A DNA stretch of 64,000 nt from Tricharina praecox (Eukaryota), in NCBI RefSeq assembly GCF_024521635.1, contig NW_026250413.1, positions 744,001 to 808,000 of the forward strand, in the 5' to 3' direction. The translations under genes and the position numbers were made by a program. The notes under the pieces were generated by a model. The model was not told the DNA's origin, did no database searches, and saw only the letters and a list, made by a program, of their open reading frames with translations. This document shows, in pieces, positions 63,168 through 64,000 of this stretch; the stretch's first letter is position 1; each line of letters starts with the position of its first letter.

Positions 63168-63535
63168 CCTTCTGCAGCTCGGAAAATGAAACCTCACCAG
63201 TCAAGTGAACGCTCGCTGCGAAATCGCTCACGAGTGACAGCGCATGGACGGCTGTACAATTCTTCGCAAGCCCATTACATTACATGCAGACTCGACGCTC
63301 CCATACAAACTCATTGTCATCTCATTCATCCATCTACTTTTGAAAATGAACCAGAGCGAAACTAACGGCCGAAAAACGCAACAGAAGTACGATCCTCCAG
63401 ACAAAATGTGAGGTAACCCAAACGAACACAAGAATCATGGTCATATCATACACCACTGTGAAAGAGCAGAAAATAAAAGAGATGTAAGGAGAGTAGTGTA
63501 ATGCAGGTCATGACGTCAACTGTACCCTCCCAAGT

Positions 63536-64000
63536 TTACCGCTTCCTGTTCTTCTTCTTTTCGTCGCCGCCGTTAGGACGCGCAGTCTTCGCTTCCTTCA
63601 TCTCGGCCTCTTCTTCCATCTCGTCCCAGTCCTCTGTAAAATATATCAGCTATCGTGTGATGGGGAGAATGAATTCGGATGTTACTCACCACCAGAATCG
63701 ATATCAGAAGCCTCGGAGCCCTCGTCAGCGCTGGCATTACCATCGCTGAACTCTGACTCATCCGAAGCACTTCCGTCCGATTCCTCGCCGAAGTCGGAGG
63801 CTTCAAACTCAGACTCTTCCTCTTCGACCTCTCCGTCGTCGTCGTCCGAGTCGGTGCCCAAAAAGCTCCAGCCTCCATCTTGGAAGAAGGTCTTCGGATC
63901 CTGAATGACAGTCTTCATAATCGTGGGCCAGTTGAGATTCAACGGTCCCTCAGAGTATGCGATGTTACTCGAATCCAACCATTCCTTGACATTATCTAGG
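63536..64000 (-). CDS. SPT16: FACT complex subunit Spt16, 3' end only (runs off the window)
   Basis: [36 protein letters not shown], acidic tail, intron, then EDWDE.E and basic end. Confidence 0.95.

Overview
Gene-dense region of a filamentous ascomycete genome: short GT-AG introns with CTRAC branch points, roughly 55% GC by eye. A Pezizomycetes origin is my impression only. I can support 17 mostly housekeeping protein-coding genes: a CAP/PRY secreted protein, SPATA20/YyaL, trifunctional TRP1, SRP receptor alpha, Ubp3-like USP, REV7, PMT2, Abp2-domain protein, carnitine acetyltransferase, DsbA/FrnE oxidoreductase, Zn2Cys6 TF, tubulin cofactor B, Myb TF, TRM9, a divergent second USP, PEX16 and the 3' end of SPT16. 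There is also an internally deleted piggyBac relic with both TIRs and a TTAA. The two most interesting signals are non-coding. One is a ~311-nt, almost fully nested base-paired element with paired ends and a T9 tract (25823-26142) that lacks the landmarks of the fungal ncRNAs I know. The other is a ~2.6-kb hairpin-dense, ORF-poor segment in the large gap between two convergent genes (57300-59880). Both were folded by eye and need computational confirmation.
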